The notes under the pieces: model-generated | Told to the model about the DNA's origin: nothing | What the model saw: the letters and a program-made list of their open reading frames with translations, nothing else | Database searches by the model: none | Assembly (NCBI RefSeq): GCF_964204645.1 | Contig: NC_134027.1 | Span: forward strand, 9,270,485 to 9,334,484 | DNA length: 64,000 nucleotides | DNA from: Tubulanus polymorphus | Lineage: Eukaryota > Animalia > Nemertea | Direction: 5' to 3' | In this document: positions 1 through 11,034 of the stretch, one piece after another | Numbering within the stretch: position 1 is the first letter of the stretch | How the letters are laid out: each line of letters begins with the position of its first letter | Made by a program: the position numbers and the translations under genes

Positions 1-876
1 ATATATGTAAAAATTGATCGCGCTGTTCAGGCCATAAATGGCGCTGGTGATAGAGGAAATATCGTTCATCGTCTGCGGGCTGAAAGTTACGTACGGTAGC
101 ATGAATACAAACACAGCGTTCGGCAACGTGCATACAGTAAACAGAACCGACACCATCAACACCATGAACGTCGCCTTTCTGGCCGAAGTTGATTTACCCG
201 TTGACTGACCGAATCCTTTACTTCGGCGCAGAATGATAATCAACAAGACGTTCGAAATTAGAACTGAAACGATTGGAATATAGACAACCGTTACGGGTCC
301 AACGTTGAAGTATACGTTATGCCAAAATTGAGTCATCACGCAACTATGCAGACGAGTATCGAATTCGGTAGCTATGAATATGTAAATAAACGGCACACCC
401 CACAAAACTGACATTATCAGAATAACTTTTCTGGAAAACGCTGGAGTGGCCACCGTTCTAGCAGCAAACGGCCAAACCACTATCACAAATCGTTCCATCG
501 TTAGAATGATGACCATCCACGAACTGGCGACGTCGTTCGTGGCGGATAAATATTCGTAGATCTTACATGAGAAACTGTTTTCGAAAGTCACCACAGTTTT
601 CGGGTAGTAGGCGTAATTTATAAACGGGATCGAGTATACGATCAATGTAAAAGTATCAAAAACGGCCAGTGCGGCCAGGTACTGCGAATATGAGAATACG
701 CGAAACTTTCGACTTGTCATCACAAGGAAACTAGCGATATTACCGAATATGCCAGGTATACAAATCACTGGTATGAAGACCATCTGAAATCGGCGAATGG
801 CTCTACTGCTAAAGCGGGGTGTGTCGACCACAATTGATGCATAGTAAGTAACCACGTATTCAGTGGTATCGTTCAT
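1..876 (-). CDS. Intronless rhodopsin-like (class A) orphan GPCR, FMRFamide-receptor/GPR139-like peptide or chemoreceptor type; 3' end runs off the window
   Basis: Manual translation from ATG at 876 gives 292 uninterrupted codons: MNDTTEY...IPGIFGN (TM1)...YLAALAVFD (TM2)...CKIYEYL..SSWMVIILTMERFVIVVWPF (TM3)...VYIP (TM5)...KATFMVLMVSVLFTVCTLP (TM6)...LNSAINFYIY (TM7). Missing from the ORF track because no stop lies in the window. Confidence 0.92.
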   Translation of the reverse strand, partial: MNDTTEYVVTYYASIVVDTPRFSSRAIRRFQMVFIPVICIPGIFGNIASFLVMTSRKFRVFSYSQYLAALAVFDTFTLIVYSIPFINYAYYPKTVVTFENSFSCKIYEYLSATNDVASSWMVIILTMERFVIVVWPFAARTVATPAFSRKVILIMSVLWGVPFIYIFIATEFDTRLHSCVMTQFWHNVYFNVGPVTVVYIPIVSVLISNVLLIIILRRSKGFGQSTGKSTSARKATFMVLMVSVLFTVCTLPNAVFVFMLPYVTFSPQTMNDISSITSAIYGLNSAINFYIY

Positions 877-1386
877 CTCATCAAGACGTCTTCAATGTTG
901 TCCAAAACCGCGCAGGAAACCCATGAAAACGTGCGAACTTGGTGATAGATCTCGTCGACCAGTCGCACTCAATTCAAACGCAAACTGTCCGGTGTTCGGT
1001 GTCAATTTTCGGAAGGCAATTCGATCAGTGTCGTTAAAATCTGAGCGGCAATTAGTAACTAGATATCGATGGGTGTAACTGAAAATGTTAATTTAGTCGA
1101 GATATTTTTTCGCAAAGATTGACATTTGACCTCAGTACATGGCATATACGTGGTATTTACTCTGAAACTCAGGCTTGGCATATATAGTCTTCATACATTA
1201 CTCATCACAGTTGTGCAAGCTGTTCAAAAGTTCTACAAATAATACATGTATTCATTGATTAATGGGCATATATTTGATGCAATCGAAAGTAAACATAATT
1301 TCGTATCTTTTTTACTAGGACCATAAATATCTAAAATAAATCTAGTCTTATCACATAATGTTCAGCATTATTTCCTTGTTTGAATG

Positions 1387-1554
1387 AACCGGAACCGAAA
1401 TTTTCCAATTATATTCTCCGTTTAAAAAAAAATCCGTCATCTCGACCACCGATCACACAACCATATCTGTACTTCGATTTCCGATTTCAAAATCAAACCC
1501 CCTTGTTCGATCCAGGCAGGTGTGTTGGCAAGGGACGCCAAATCAAACGAAATC
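1387..1554 (+). repeat. Interspersed repeat family C copy (possibly SINE-like)
   Basis: aaccggaaccgaaattt...caaaatcaaaccccc..gttcgatcc...caagggac.ccaaatcaaa shared with 36701-36890 and, inverted, 27271-27372. Confidence 0.8.
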
Positions 1555-1946
1555 CTCTAATCGAATGAATAATGGTCTTTTGAGATAAAAATGAGTACGT
1601 TTTCTCCTTGCTTTGAAATCGTGTGATGTTTGATGAAATTCTCCTTGACCTAATTTCAGACTAAGCGTACAGTCGTGTTTAGTACCGATGTACCGCCTCC
1701 GCCAGTCGCATTGACCGCCAATATCATGGAAACGTCTGTATTCTCAATAGATTCGTAGATCCTGATAAATCGCTTTCAGCATATCACCAACGCTATGTGT
1801 TCCTGTATTATGTAGTCAAATGCATTTGTAAAATGCATCAATACAGCATTTTTAAATAAAAAGTAAAAAAGAAAAAAACAAGTATTTTTCGTTATTTTCT
1901 GTCTTTATTCGGTATAAATATATATAATACTTTTTAAGATAACTCA

Positions 1947-2125
1947 TTAACAAGTTTTCTTTAGAACTATAATCAGACCGGGCAACGAAAAACAATATTC
2001 GTCTATTTCGATAATGTCGTACGTGCACTTTCCTTCGCTTTGAATTTTCTCTAGAAATTCGTTGAAACCTTGAAATTGTTCAAAATCTAGATAATTCTTC
2101 CTAAAACAGGCGAAAACGCAGCCAT
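1947..2125 (-). CDS. METTL27: METTL27-like methyltransferase, terminal coding exon 5
   Basis: Long pyrimidine tract ttctttctttttattctatag|(D)GCVFACFRKNYL...YCFSLPGLIIVLKKTC-TAA. The five exons total 720 nt = 239 aa + stop with compatible phases. Minus-strand AATAAA at 1904-1909. Confidence 0.86.
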
Positions 2126-2262
2126 CTATAGAATAAAAAGAAAGAAAACTCGTGACAATGAAAAATTAAACAAATCTACCTTGTCCAGCAGAGAAAACCA
2201 AGGATGGTCATGTTGGTATGTAAATTGTATGTGTTTTTGTTTGATAATTTCCGGACTCATAC

Positions 2263-2355
2263 CTTTTTTTACCATTCTTAACATCTCCGAAAGCGCCTGA
2301 TATGGTATGTGGCCCGGTACGATGGCTCCACAAGTGACAGCGTGGTCATAAAAAC
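2263..2355 (-). CDS. METTL27: METTL27-like methyltransferase, coding exon 4
   Basis: ggtag|(G)FYDHAVTCGAIVPGHIPYQALSEMLRMVKK-G|gtatga; motif II (YD) and motif III (LRMVKK.G); phase 1/1. Confidence 0.9.
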
Positions 2356-2457
2356 CTACCGGCGAAAACAGAGAATGTATTGAATTTAAGTAGAATTTAA
2401 TTTCAAGATTCAGTCCCTTGCGTTCATCTTTCTTTTTTTAACAGAAATATTTCTTAC

Positions 2458-2602
2458 CCGTTGGAATTGAGCATGGTTTTTCCACGGTAACGTATTCTGT
2501 ATAAAGCTTTTGATAAAGTCCTCCTTTTAACTCGGCCTCTTTCAACAGCCCGGTGGAAGGTTCGATTGCATCAAACCGCCCCGTGAATCCAGCTTTTCTC
2601 AA
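2458..2602 (-). CDS. METTL27: METTL27-like methyltransferase, coding exon 3
   Basis: cttttcag|LRKAGFTGRFDAIEPSTGLLKEAELKGGLYQKLYTEYVTVEKPCSIPT-G|gtaaga; acidic residue at the end of beta2 (AIEPS); 145 nt, ends in phase 1. Confidence 0.9.
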
Positions 2603-2740
2603 CTGAAAAGAAACGTATATTTACGAGAAACTAGTACGACTTGATCAATGATGAATGTGCTATGCCCACTTTCATTCAAGCAGGATCTTCATCTAAACGA
2701 AGTATTTTTTGCACAATACATTCACATCGAAAATATCAAT

Positions 2741-2990
2741 AATTACACGCAGACGATTTGCCCCGGCCAAATCGGCACGGATTAGGCTCGAGTCAAGTTT
2801 GGTCCGTTCCTAATTAGAAAGTGCGTTCACACGTTAATCCCTCACTCAATACTAAACATTGCTTAAACAAAGCGAACTGAGACGCTACCGGAACACAATC
2901 CAAACGCAATAATTTGACCTGCTGAAATTTCGCTCAGGCCTGGTCTGACATTTTTGGTCGGGCCAAAAAATGCTCCACGCCAAGTCAACG
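2741..2990 (+). mobile_element. Repeat family B copy (MITE-like) within an intron of the methyltransferase gene
   Basis: acacg.agacgatttg...ccaaat.ggcac.gat...gcgttcacacg...gcttaaacaaagcgaa shared with 33883-34200. Confidence 0.75.
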
Positions 2991-3059
2991 CCATGAAAAA
3001 ACTACAAAAACTTGAAAACTTTATCTCAAACATCGGCGCTGAACCAAGTTAGTAGTTAC

Positions 3060-3182
3060 CTCTTCTGCGGCGAGACCAGTACCGGCACCGACATCAACTA
3101 TCGAGCATTCTTTATTTTGAACGTACTTATCCACAACTTTCGCCAAATTCTTTGGACCAGCGTACCACATCTGTTTTACCTC
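3060..3182 (-). CDS. METTL27: METTL27-like methyltransferase, coding exon 2 (SAM-binding motif I)
   Basis: ttctgcag|EVKQMWYAGPKNLAKVVDKYVQNKECSIVDVGAGTGLAAEE|gtaact; phase 0/0; VDVGAGTG is class I MTase motif I. Confidence 0.92.
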
Positions 3183-3345
3183 CTGCAGAAATCAAACGGC
3201 TTTGATCCATTTGCGAGAATAACAAAAATGAAATTCAAGACTTTATAAGCGAAGCGTTTTGTGCATACTTGATCTATTTTGAGTGATATGATAAAACAAT
3301 TTTCTCAGAAAGATTACGACTTTAATTATTTTCAAAGTATATTAC

Positions 3346-3525
3346 CTTGTCGTAACTTGTCCATTGGTCGTAGATTTCCGTAACCGCTGCGGGGTCCTCA
3401 TTTTCGTGAAGTTTTTTCGTCAGGAACTCGTACAAATTCGCGTCTTCACATTGTGGGACTGCCATGGTGTCTGAATTGAATGGCCCGAATGCGTCCATTA
3501 AATAGGAAGCTATACCCGAGGACAT
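3346..3525 (-). CDS. METTL27: METTL27-like methyltransferase, coding exon 1 (60 aa)
   Basis: MSSGIASY...EIYDQWTSYDK followed by a GTAATA donor. YDxWxxxYD is typical of the METTL27/WBSCR27 N-terminus. The ATG directly follows a tcttcctag acceptor-like site. Confidence 0.82.
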
Positions 3526-4060
3526 CTAGGAAGATATAGGTCATTCACTATCACACAATAGTGCTTAAGTCATAAGATAAAATGGTTCACTTAAGGTTAT
3601 ATGGCAGGTCAACGTACTAAGTCAAAATTTCGAAAATTTCACTCGGTTATGAAATTTGGTAACAATGATGTGCTGTCATAATATCTCTGCTTTTTTACAA
3701 AAATCTAAAGAAATCATGTTCACGAAGACACATATCAGAGTTGGTGTTCGTGACAGGCCTCGGGTCAGCTGGGTGTCAAGTCCAATATACGATCATATAG
3801 TGCATAGCGTATAAGTCTTAAAAAGGTGTTATCAGAATACAGTCAAGAAAGACTTTGTAATGTATTTTCTAGAACTACCTTTTGGTAGCCTCTTCAATTT
3901 GCAAAGAAACCTTTCGCATAATGTTATTTTCCATCAGAGTAAACCAAATGTCCATATAACAGCATAACACGAAAATTGAACGGCTCGTTACACTGTTTTG
4001 ATATATCTTACCTATGAATGATTGAGTAATGATAGTTCTTATAGATTTATTATAATAATC

Positions 4061-4500
4061 AAACGAGAAAACTATTTTGAGCTTTAATTGACGCCTTGAA
4101 AAACATATTGCGTAATATTGTCGACAATCAATATAGTATAATGTGAATTATTTTTGATCAAGGATCAATGAAGTTACGTATTTTGGATTTGAACATATCT
4201 TGAATTGAATTGGCCGTCAACCAGTCTAGCCCTAGCCTCACTGTATTGATGACGTAGTGCACGTGATCTGAAAAAAATGATTATCAAAATTTATCAATAA
4301 TACGATTGGAGTTATGGTATGTATTCAATTACAAAATAAACGCCAAAATTCACAATTGTTATTGTTAAAATTGTAATTATTTTGAACATCCAATATTGAT
4401 GACAGTGTGCACATCCACTCATACAGAACCCCTCAAATAACTCGTATACTCGGTATCAATTAATATAAACATTATTGTAACGGTTTTTACGGCGTAAAAA
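4061..4500 (+). mobile_element. Repeat family A copy 1 (Helentron-associated/HINE-like)
   Basis: About 440 bp; starts aaacgagaaaac, subterminal TTGACGCC, internal motif tattgatgacgtagtgcac repeated about 150 bp apart, ends gtaacggtttttacggcgtaaaaa; three more copies in the window. Confidence 0.75.
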
Positions 4501-5111
4501 GTGTCATGTTTTACAACGTAGTAACGTAGTTAGTATGGTGCAGTTCGTCGATATCAGAAAAGAAAGAAACGACTGTAAGAATATCACCTCAAAGTTGTTA
4601 AAACTTGTATTCAGTGACGTTGGAACATGTGAACTACACCAGGTTTTTGTCAATGTTTTTATTAAAAAATCTAAATCGTCAAAAACATCTATAATTTGCA
4701 CTTCATTGGTGTAACTGTTAACCACTTGACTTGCGTCGTATTATCGCGATAACAGTGAGACAGGTCGAAGGCTAAATTTCTCAAGTGTTTGTCGTCGACA
4801 ATCTGTCTGTAATCACTGACATTCTCAATGACTTATTGTCCTACATCATTTGTGCAATTGTAAATAGTTGGAACGGTAGTTGGTAGTCGACCTGCGACCA
4901 CAAAAACTAGTCTCTCAGACTTTAGCCTTTTAGACTTCGGCCTTAGAATAAGCGATGGTAGAATTATCATTACCAATTGAACCAATGATTTATTTCTTTC
5001 CCGGTAAAAGACCTTTATCCATTTTCCACACGAACGAACTCCTTTTATGTACGGACAGCAACTTTATTCATTAGATACGTACAAATAAAAAAGACCAACA
5101 AAAATAACTTC

Positions 5112-6743
5112 CTAATCATATTGTCGAGTCTCGTGATACGAAAGTCTGACCGGTCGTTTCTTCGGAAAGAGCATCTTTTTGAATTTACGCCGGAAGCCGG
5201 CGTTGCACAACGGATATAAAAACGGATTGAGAGTCGAGTTCAGATAGCCGATCCACGTCACAGCGACCACCGTGCCGCTGTCGATGCAGCCGTCGCAGAA
5301 CGCGACTACCATGAAAATGATGAAATACGGCAAGAAGCACAGCGAAAAGGCACCCATTATCACGCCGAGTTGACGAGCGGCTTTGATCTCTTTCGTTAGC
5401 GATACGGTAGTTCGCCGGCGTTTGAACTTAGCCCCGAACATCCGCGCCGAGGCGGCTTTATTGCGTGCCGACGAATGGTCCCTGGTACTATTAACAACGT
5501 GATTACTTTTCGACGACGATTTCTTCGTTTTGGCGCTTACGGCAATCAAAGCGGTGCGACTAGGCGAATGAGCATTATTCGAAGAGTTAGCCGCTTTTGA
5601 ACTATTCGTCTTTGAGTTGGACAGTATCGATTTAAGCCGTCTTTTACGGTCCATTAGGAAATGAGTATTTTTCGTCGATGTTTGCAAGTCGTTTTTAATA
5701 CTCTTGTGAATTTGATCTACGACGGCTGATTTCTGAAAATGACAACTGGCGGCGGAATGTTCTTTCGGGGACACGCTGATGTTGGATTGTTTGGTGTTCG
5801 TGCTGAACGTCGACTCGGAACTACCGTGCGCCTCCTCCCGTTCGCTCGTTCGGAACGTCGTCAGCTTGTGTTCTTCGTACAGAAACGGCTGAATCTTCTC
5901 GGTGTTCGAATCGATGACCCGCTCGTCGTAGGCGAATTCGACGTCGAGTTTGTATTCCAGCGGAGAGTGGCCGTTGTTCTGTTCGCTTTTGATGCCCTCG
6001 GTGGCCATACGGATCAGATTCGCGTTATTGAATTCGTATTTGCGATGAAACCGACCGATTTCGTCGTCGGACGTTTCGGTTTCGCACTCGGCCGGAGATT
6101 TCGGAAGCGCGAGTCCGACGCTCTCCTCGGGCGAAGGCGGGGTCGGTGGTGTTATCTCGGCGAACGTATCATTGCGGTTATCACTGTCGTCCAGCGTGGA
6201 AATGTGAATGCTCGTGAAGTACGAACCGCCGATGTTCTTGCGACCGAGTTCGAACTCTGAACGTTTTCGAATTTCGTGAAATATATTTCCGTACAAAATG
6301 AACATGATCGTCAGTGGAATGTAGTAGTTAAATAGCGCCGTGATCACCTTAAAAACCGTGTCCGTCGCGTATTCCGTGTCGCACACGTTATCGGGCACCA
6401 TCCTCACGCCACCGGTCGCGAAATGATGCCAGCCTAGTATCGGTATGATCCACAGCATCGATAAAAACCATACGATACCGATCATAATTAGAGCACGTTT
6501 TTTCGTCCGTTTGCGCAGATATTTCAACGGGGACGTAACCGACCAATATCGGTCCAAACTGAGAATAAACAAATTCAGAATCGAAGCCGTGCTAGCCGTG
6601 TAATCCACTCCTATCCATAGGTCACAAACCATCTGTCCAAAATGCCAGTCTTCGGTGAATATATAGATTGCGCTGATCGGCATCACGATTAGACCGACGA
6701 CCAGATCCGCGATAGCAAGGCTGATGATGAACATATTGCTAAC
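5112..6743 (-). CDS. HRH1: Histamine H1 receptor-like GPCR, coding exon 2 (ICL1 to C-terminus, 543 aa)
   Basis: Acceptor ttcattacag|VSNMFIISLAIADL; DYTASTASILNLFILSLDRY, WFLSMLWIIPILGW, FKVITALFNYYIP, KAARQLGVIMGAF, WIGYLNSTLNPFLYPLCN closely follow vertebrate HRH1 motifs; long ICL3. The ORF-track start at 6767 is intronic. Confidence 0.95.
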   Translation of the reverse strand, partial: VSNMFIISLAIADLVVGLIVMPISAIYIFTEDWHFGQMVCDLWIGVDYTASTASILNLFILSLDRYWSVTSPLKYLRKRTKKRALIMIGIVWFLSMLWIIPILGWHHFATGGVRMVPDNVCDTEYATDTVFKVITALFNYYIPLTIMFILYGNIFHEIRKRSEFELGRKNIGGSYFTSIHISTLDDSDNRNDTFAEITPPTPPSPEESVGLALPKSPAECETETSDDEIGRFHRKYEFNNANLIRMATEGIKSEQNNGHSPLEYKLDVEFAYDERVIDSNTEKIQPFLYEEHKLTTFRTSEREEAHGSSESTFSTNTKQSNISVSPKEHSAASCHFQKSAVVDQIHKSIKNDLQTSTKNTHFLMDRKRRLKSILSNSKTNSSKAANSSNNAHSPSRTALIAVSAKTKKSSSKSNHVVNSTRDHSSARNKAASARMFGAKFKRRRTTVSLTKEIKAARQLGVIMGAFSLCFLPYFIIFMVVAFCDGCIDSGTVVAVTWIGYLNSTLNPFLYPLCNAGFRRKFKKMLFPKKRPVRLSYHETRQYD

Positions 6744-7473
6744 CTGTAATGAAATAAGAATTTGCAAAATTTAGTCCAATGAAATCATTTAAGATATAAA
6801 CGAATCGGCACAATACATTAAGAATGATAATTATATCACAACATCATTCCCATCTAATGAATTATTAAAAATCAAGGGAATATTAACGGGGTTTTCTGCC
6901 TTTTTCAGGAAAGAAGAAGTGGAATATCTCAAAATAAAAATGAGCCACTTTACTTCCCCTTTTACACACAGGTAGAAAAACTCGTCTGAATTATAAAACT
7001 GTCCTAATTTCCAAATCGAAATCAGGAATAATTAATTTTCGATTTAGAAATGTCATGAACTTGTTCCCTCTTGATTTAATGATACATTCTGGGCTGCTTT
7101 CATAGAAAAGCCTTAACCTTAACCCCGGGGTTAAACTTTTAGCACATTATCAGTTAGACTGACGACTCTTCTATTAGTCGCTTCAATTTAATCGTTATGC
7201 AAAATTCGAAATCATCTCCAACTAAACACAAAAATAGAAAAATCGATTTTCATTAGGGGTACATACATGTAGTTTTAGTTTCAAAGGTCGGGAAATCACA
7301 AAAAGAGTTTATTTAGCCACTAGAATTTTTTTTCAGAAACGCCCTTAAACAGCCTGAAACCTTAATTCATACAGAAAAGAATATAGTATTCGGGTCGAAA
7401 GTTCATTGAGCTTTAAACGACGTATAAATACGTATGAACATATCATTTCGAGTTGAGTTGTGCGAATATTTGT

Positions 7474-7900
7474 CTAATAATAGTTACTTATCATGCAATT
7501 CAATATCATCATGGCTTAAACACCTTCTTGAAAGTTTAACTAGCATATAAAAAGTAGATATAGATACAAGTAGAATACAGCAGAATTAGGCGTTAAAGAA
7601 TAAGCAACAGTAAAAAGGTGAGTTTTTAATTAAGATTTAAAACTATCTAAAGAAGTGCTAAAACGTAAATGAGTAGGTAACCTAGAGAAGTATTGAATAT
7701 AATGCTTCAATCCCTATTCCCAAGTTGCTGATGTCATAAGGAGATTATAGAGACGACCAGCTCCTTATAAGATAGAGTGTTAAGTGAAAGTACTTTCTAA
7801 ACGCGAAAGACGATTTTTTATTCGGGAGGCTCTTGGAAAAACCGAATTACCCGTAATATGGTTTGACGTAGTCTTTCCCCGTCGAATGACTTTTTGATGG
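7474..7900 (-). mobile_element. Decayed L2/CR1-group LINE 3' end
   Basis: Minus-strand translation near 7597-7685, RLPTHLRFSTSLDSFKS*LKTHLFTVAYS, matches the typical L2 ORF2 C-terminus (LP..LR...SL..FK..LKT.LF...Y), followed by a short UTR with a tatta-type tail. 5' boundary approximate. Confidence 0.65.
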
Positions 7901-9149
7901 ATTTTACCTGCAGGGCAAACAAACGGTCGTCACAATAAAACTCGGGCTATCAATTTCCAATATTGTACAAAGGCAGGTTGATGATAAATAACGACTGGAA
8001 AGATAACGGAAAGCGCAAGCACACAACGTATTAGTCACCAAACACGAGCGATATCCACAACTTTCCCTTAGTAAATGTGTATTTTCAAGACAATCTTTTG
8101 TGATATTTCACACGTTTGGTTTCTTTTCAACACTAAGTTTTGAAATAAAACGCCTTTATGCCACCCTCCTCTCCAGAAAAGTATTAGTCCGTTCAAAATA
8201 TGCCGACGACCGTGTCTCACCATAAAAAATCTTAGTGATCGTATTTCTAAGGTTTAAATTGCATATATTGTATTTGCGAAGAAAGGTTGTCTTCAGTCGC
8301 AGTTAATTGAATCATATTTTCACATGGGATATTGCGTAGCCCGATGTTGAAAAACTGAAGGTCACTTGTGGGTAACCGACACACGTGAGCATTTTGACAC
8401 TATTGTTCAGTTTGACATTTAGATCTATTTAGTGAAAAATCGTTAGTTGTAAACGATACCCGAATAACAAAGGACAATGTCATATTTTCTCATGACTTTG
8501 GCCAAGGAGCCCGAATCAGAAAATATGGATGTATAATCCATCGGTACTGATACTCGACAATTCTTTCGGAAGCCTCAAAACCAGGTTTTATCCAATCAGC
8601 TGATCCACTCGTTCTTGATGCCCCCACTTGACATTTCCCATATGCGACTGGCCGTCTCACTAACAAACGCAATCAAGCGTTCCGTCTTGGCTGCGTACAG
8701 TTCACAGTTACGAACGATACCTTTAGCCTTGGAATGTCGCTTTCACCGATTATCTGGATAGATAATGTAATCCTGGTTCATTGAAATGATTTAATATGCC
8801 TTAAGTCCAATCGTTTATGAAATTCCGCTTGGCCAACACTAAACTGAGGATATCTAGTTATCATTACCTAGTTTAGGTGAAATTGCCAAACATGGTCAAA
8901 ATCCAAATATCAACAACAACCCGGGTGATGAATTTGTATGAATGAGGGAGCTCTGAAAAGTTTTGGAGAGCGAGATAAAAGCTCCGTGACAGTAATGACG
9001 AGCTCTCTGGTGGTGGAGAACATATATGTAAGCCGCAGTGGAAGGATGAATAAGGAATGCTGATTGCCGCATGATATACTAAATTTATACTAATATATAA
9101 TGATTTCTCGTGAAGATCTTCAATTCTCTTCAAACATTCAAAGATTCTC

Positions 9150-10260
9150 GTCAAATAAATTATTGACCAGGGGAGGGCAACGTGGCAGATAAGAACAGAC
9201 TTATATCAGACAGACCATTCCCATTACCGATCGAAGTGGAAAAACCGCTCATAAGACTTTAAGACCCATTTCGCCATGTTTTGAACTCAGGGGATCGGCA
9301 ATACTGATAGAGCTGAAATGAGGCCGTCTGATACCCGTTGGTGATATTAACTTCGGTGTATCGTAATGGAAGTGAAGTGAAGTAATTCTGAGACATTTGT
9401 CTGGTAAACAGTGCGTTCAACGAATATAGACGACGCCATTTTGAAAATCGAAAATCTTCCAGGTGGGCATCCAACTCCGCAATACACTATCTGGCCGGCA
9501 TCGTGCCCTGGCTGAATCACGATGCAGACGTTCCATTCTCTTCGAGGAAGGATCGAGAAAATTCTTCTTAGAGCACCATCAGCGATCCCCCTACATGCTG
9601 CAGGACTCGGTTCATTTACCGCTGCGATGTAACAGCTTCAGATAGCTATCTTCATAATGACGACGCCATCAATCAGTGTTGATAAATAATGGGTCATGTA
9701 GGCACACTATGTTATTTTGAATATGAAAGAGACAAACGACACTGATGATCACGGTATGTTCACATATCCGATCTTGTTGACAAGAACTATCTTTGCGCGC
9801 ACGGAATATTAGTCGCATCGACAAGTAGAAGATGTTGACGTGTCGACGCCTTCTTACGTACATTTATAAGACCTGTCAGTGGTTTGTTTATATTCGGCAA
9901 CTTTAGCCGATGGACAGAGGAAAAATTATCATGGCAAAATTAAGAAAATGCTATTCAATTTTCCAGAAAATAATATGGTCGTAAATGACAATGGTAGAAT
10001 ATCTGGCGAAGTTACAGAATGCTGTCCACGGCCAATTCATCTGAACAGTGATAGTTTCTTAACACTTAAAATCCGTCCATTGGTCATTAGTAAAAATACC
10101 GGTAGCTTTGTTAAGTTAAGGTTATATGAATTAACGACACAGGGGCGCCACGGGTTCGGGGTCCCCCAAAATATCAATGTCCAACAAGAGGGTGAGATTG
10201 CTGTGCGCTTTATTCTGGAAACAGCGTTGATGCCGTTTTTAGAATAACTGCACTGAAGGA
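9150..10260 (+). mobile_element. Highly decayed LINE ORF2 C-terminal relic
   Basis: Frameshifted pieces ILKIENLP/RWASNSAIHYLAGIVP (about 9437-9510) and VKLRL..YEL...QQEGEIAVRFILE resemble the post-RT and CCHC-knuckle region of invertebrate LINEs; many stops. Boundaries approximate. Confidence 0.4.
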
Positions 10261-10458
10261 ACTTCGATAATAAAAGAGTCAACGTGAACTATGCAGACAA
10301 ATCAAATCATTGTGTAATTCGGTTGGCGCGGTGGTGGAATATGAACGGATTAGGTAGCCGCGATAAGACATGCATCAAAAAATTAGCTGCTATCTAAAAG
10401 GTAGTTATGTGCGATGAGGCGTGATGTCCACTGGTGATCTCGTGAACGCTTGCTGCAC

Positions 10459-11034
10459 ATCACAATTCCGTAGATGAGCCGCAACCAGTGACCGAAAAAA
10501 TATACGGCGAAAAAAAATTATGGGAGTCGTATCCCTGAACTAGGACGCTGCTTTGAATCAAGAAGATACATCAGATACGTTTGATAACTGCGCCCAGAAT
10601 AAGAGGTTTTTTGCAACAAAAAATGAAGCGATACTACATTTTCATGCTAAATGGCCAAGCGTCCCAGCTGCTTGACACTTATTAGAAATCATGAAATATA
10701 AGAAATATCAAAAACGGCTGTTTTTGACTTAGAGAACTGTTATTACATAAGCATGTATTTTCGTCAATATTCTTGATAACAATTCATAATTGCATTATAA
10801 ACTAAATTAAATTAGGTAAAAACGCCCAGGCCGTTTTGGTTATGAACATGAAGATGGCGTATCGAGCTTATTAAACTACGCTAAAATCATCACAATATTC
10901 CGAGGATAAGCTGCAACCCGTGACCGCAATGGCGAAAAGTTTATGGTAGTTGTATCCCTGAACTAATACGTTGATTTGACTCAAGAAGACACATCAGATA
11001 CGTTTGATAAATGCGCCTGGAATAAGAGGTTTTT
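10459..11034 (+). repeat. Diverged direct repeat of about 150 bp (10459-10612 and 10889-11034)
   Basis: Shared gtatccctgaacta..acg...tcaagaaga.acatcagatacgtttgataa.tgcgcc..gaataagaggttttt. Confidence 0.85.

Noticed and set aside
3012-3248. 78-aa plus-strand ORF
   Set aside because: Antisense to methyltransferase exon 2.
5739-6260. 173-aa plus-strand ORF
   Set aside because: Antisense shadow of the receptor ICL3 coding sequence; no recognisable domain.
6744-6767. ORF-track start MQILISLQ of the 551-aa ORF
   Set aside because: Intronic pyrimidine tract and acceptor; the protein would lack TM1.
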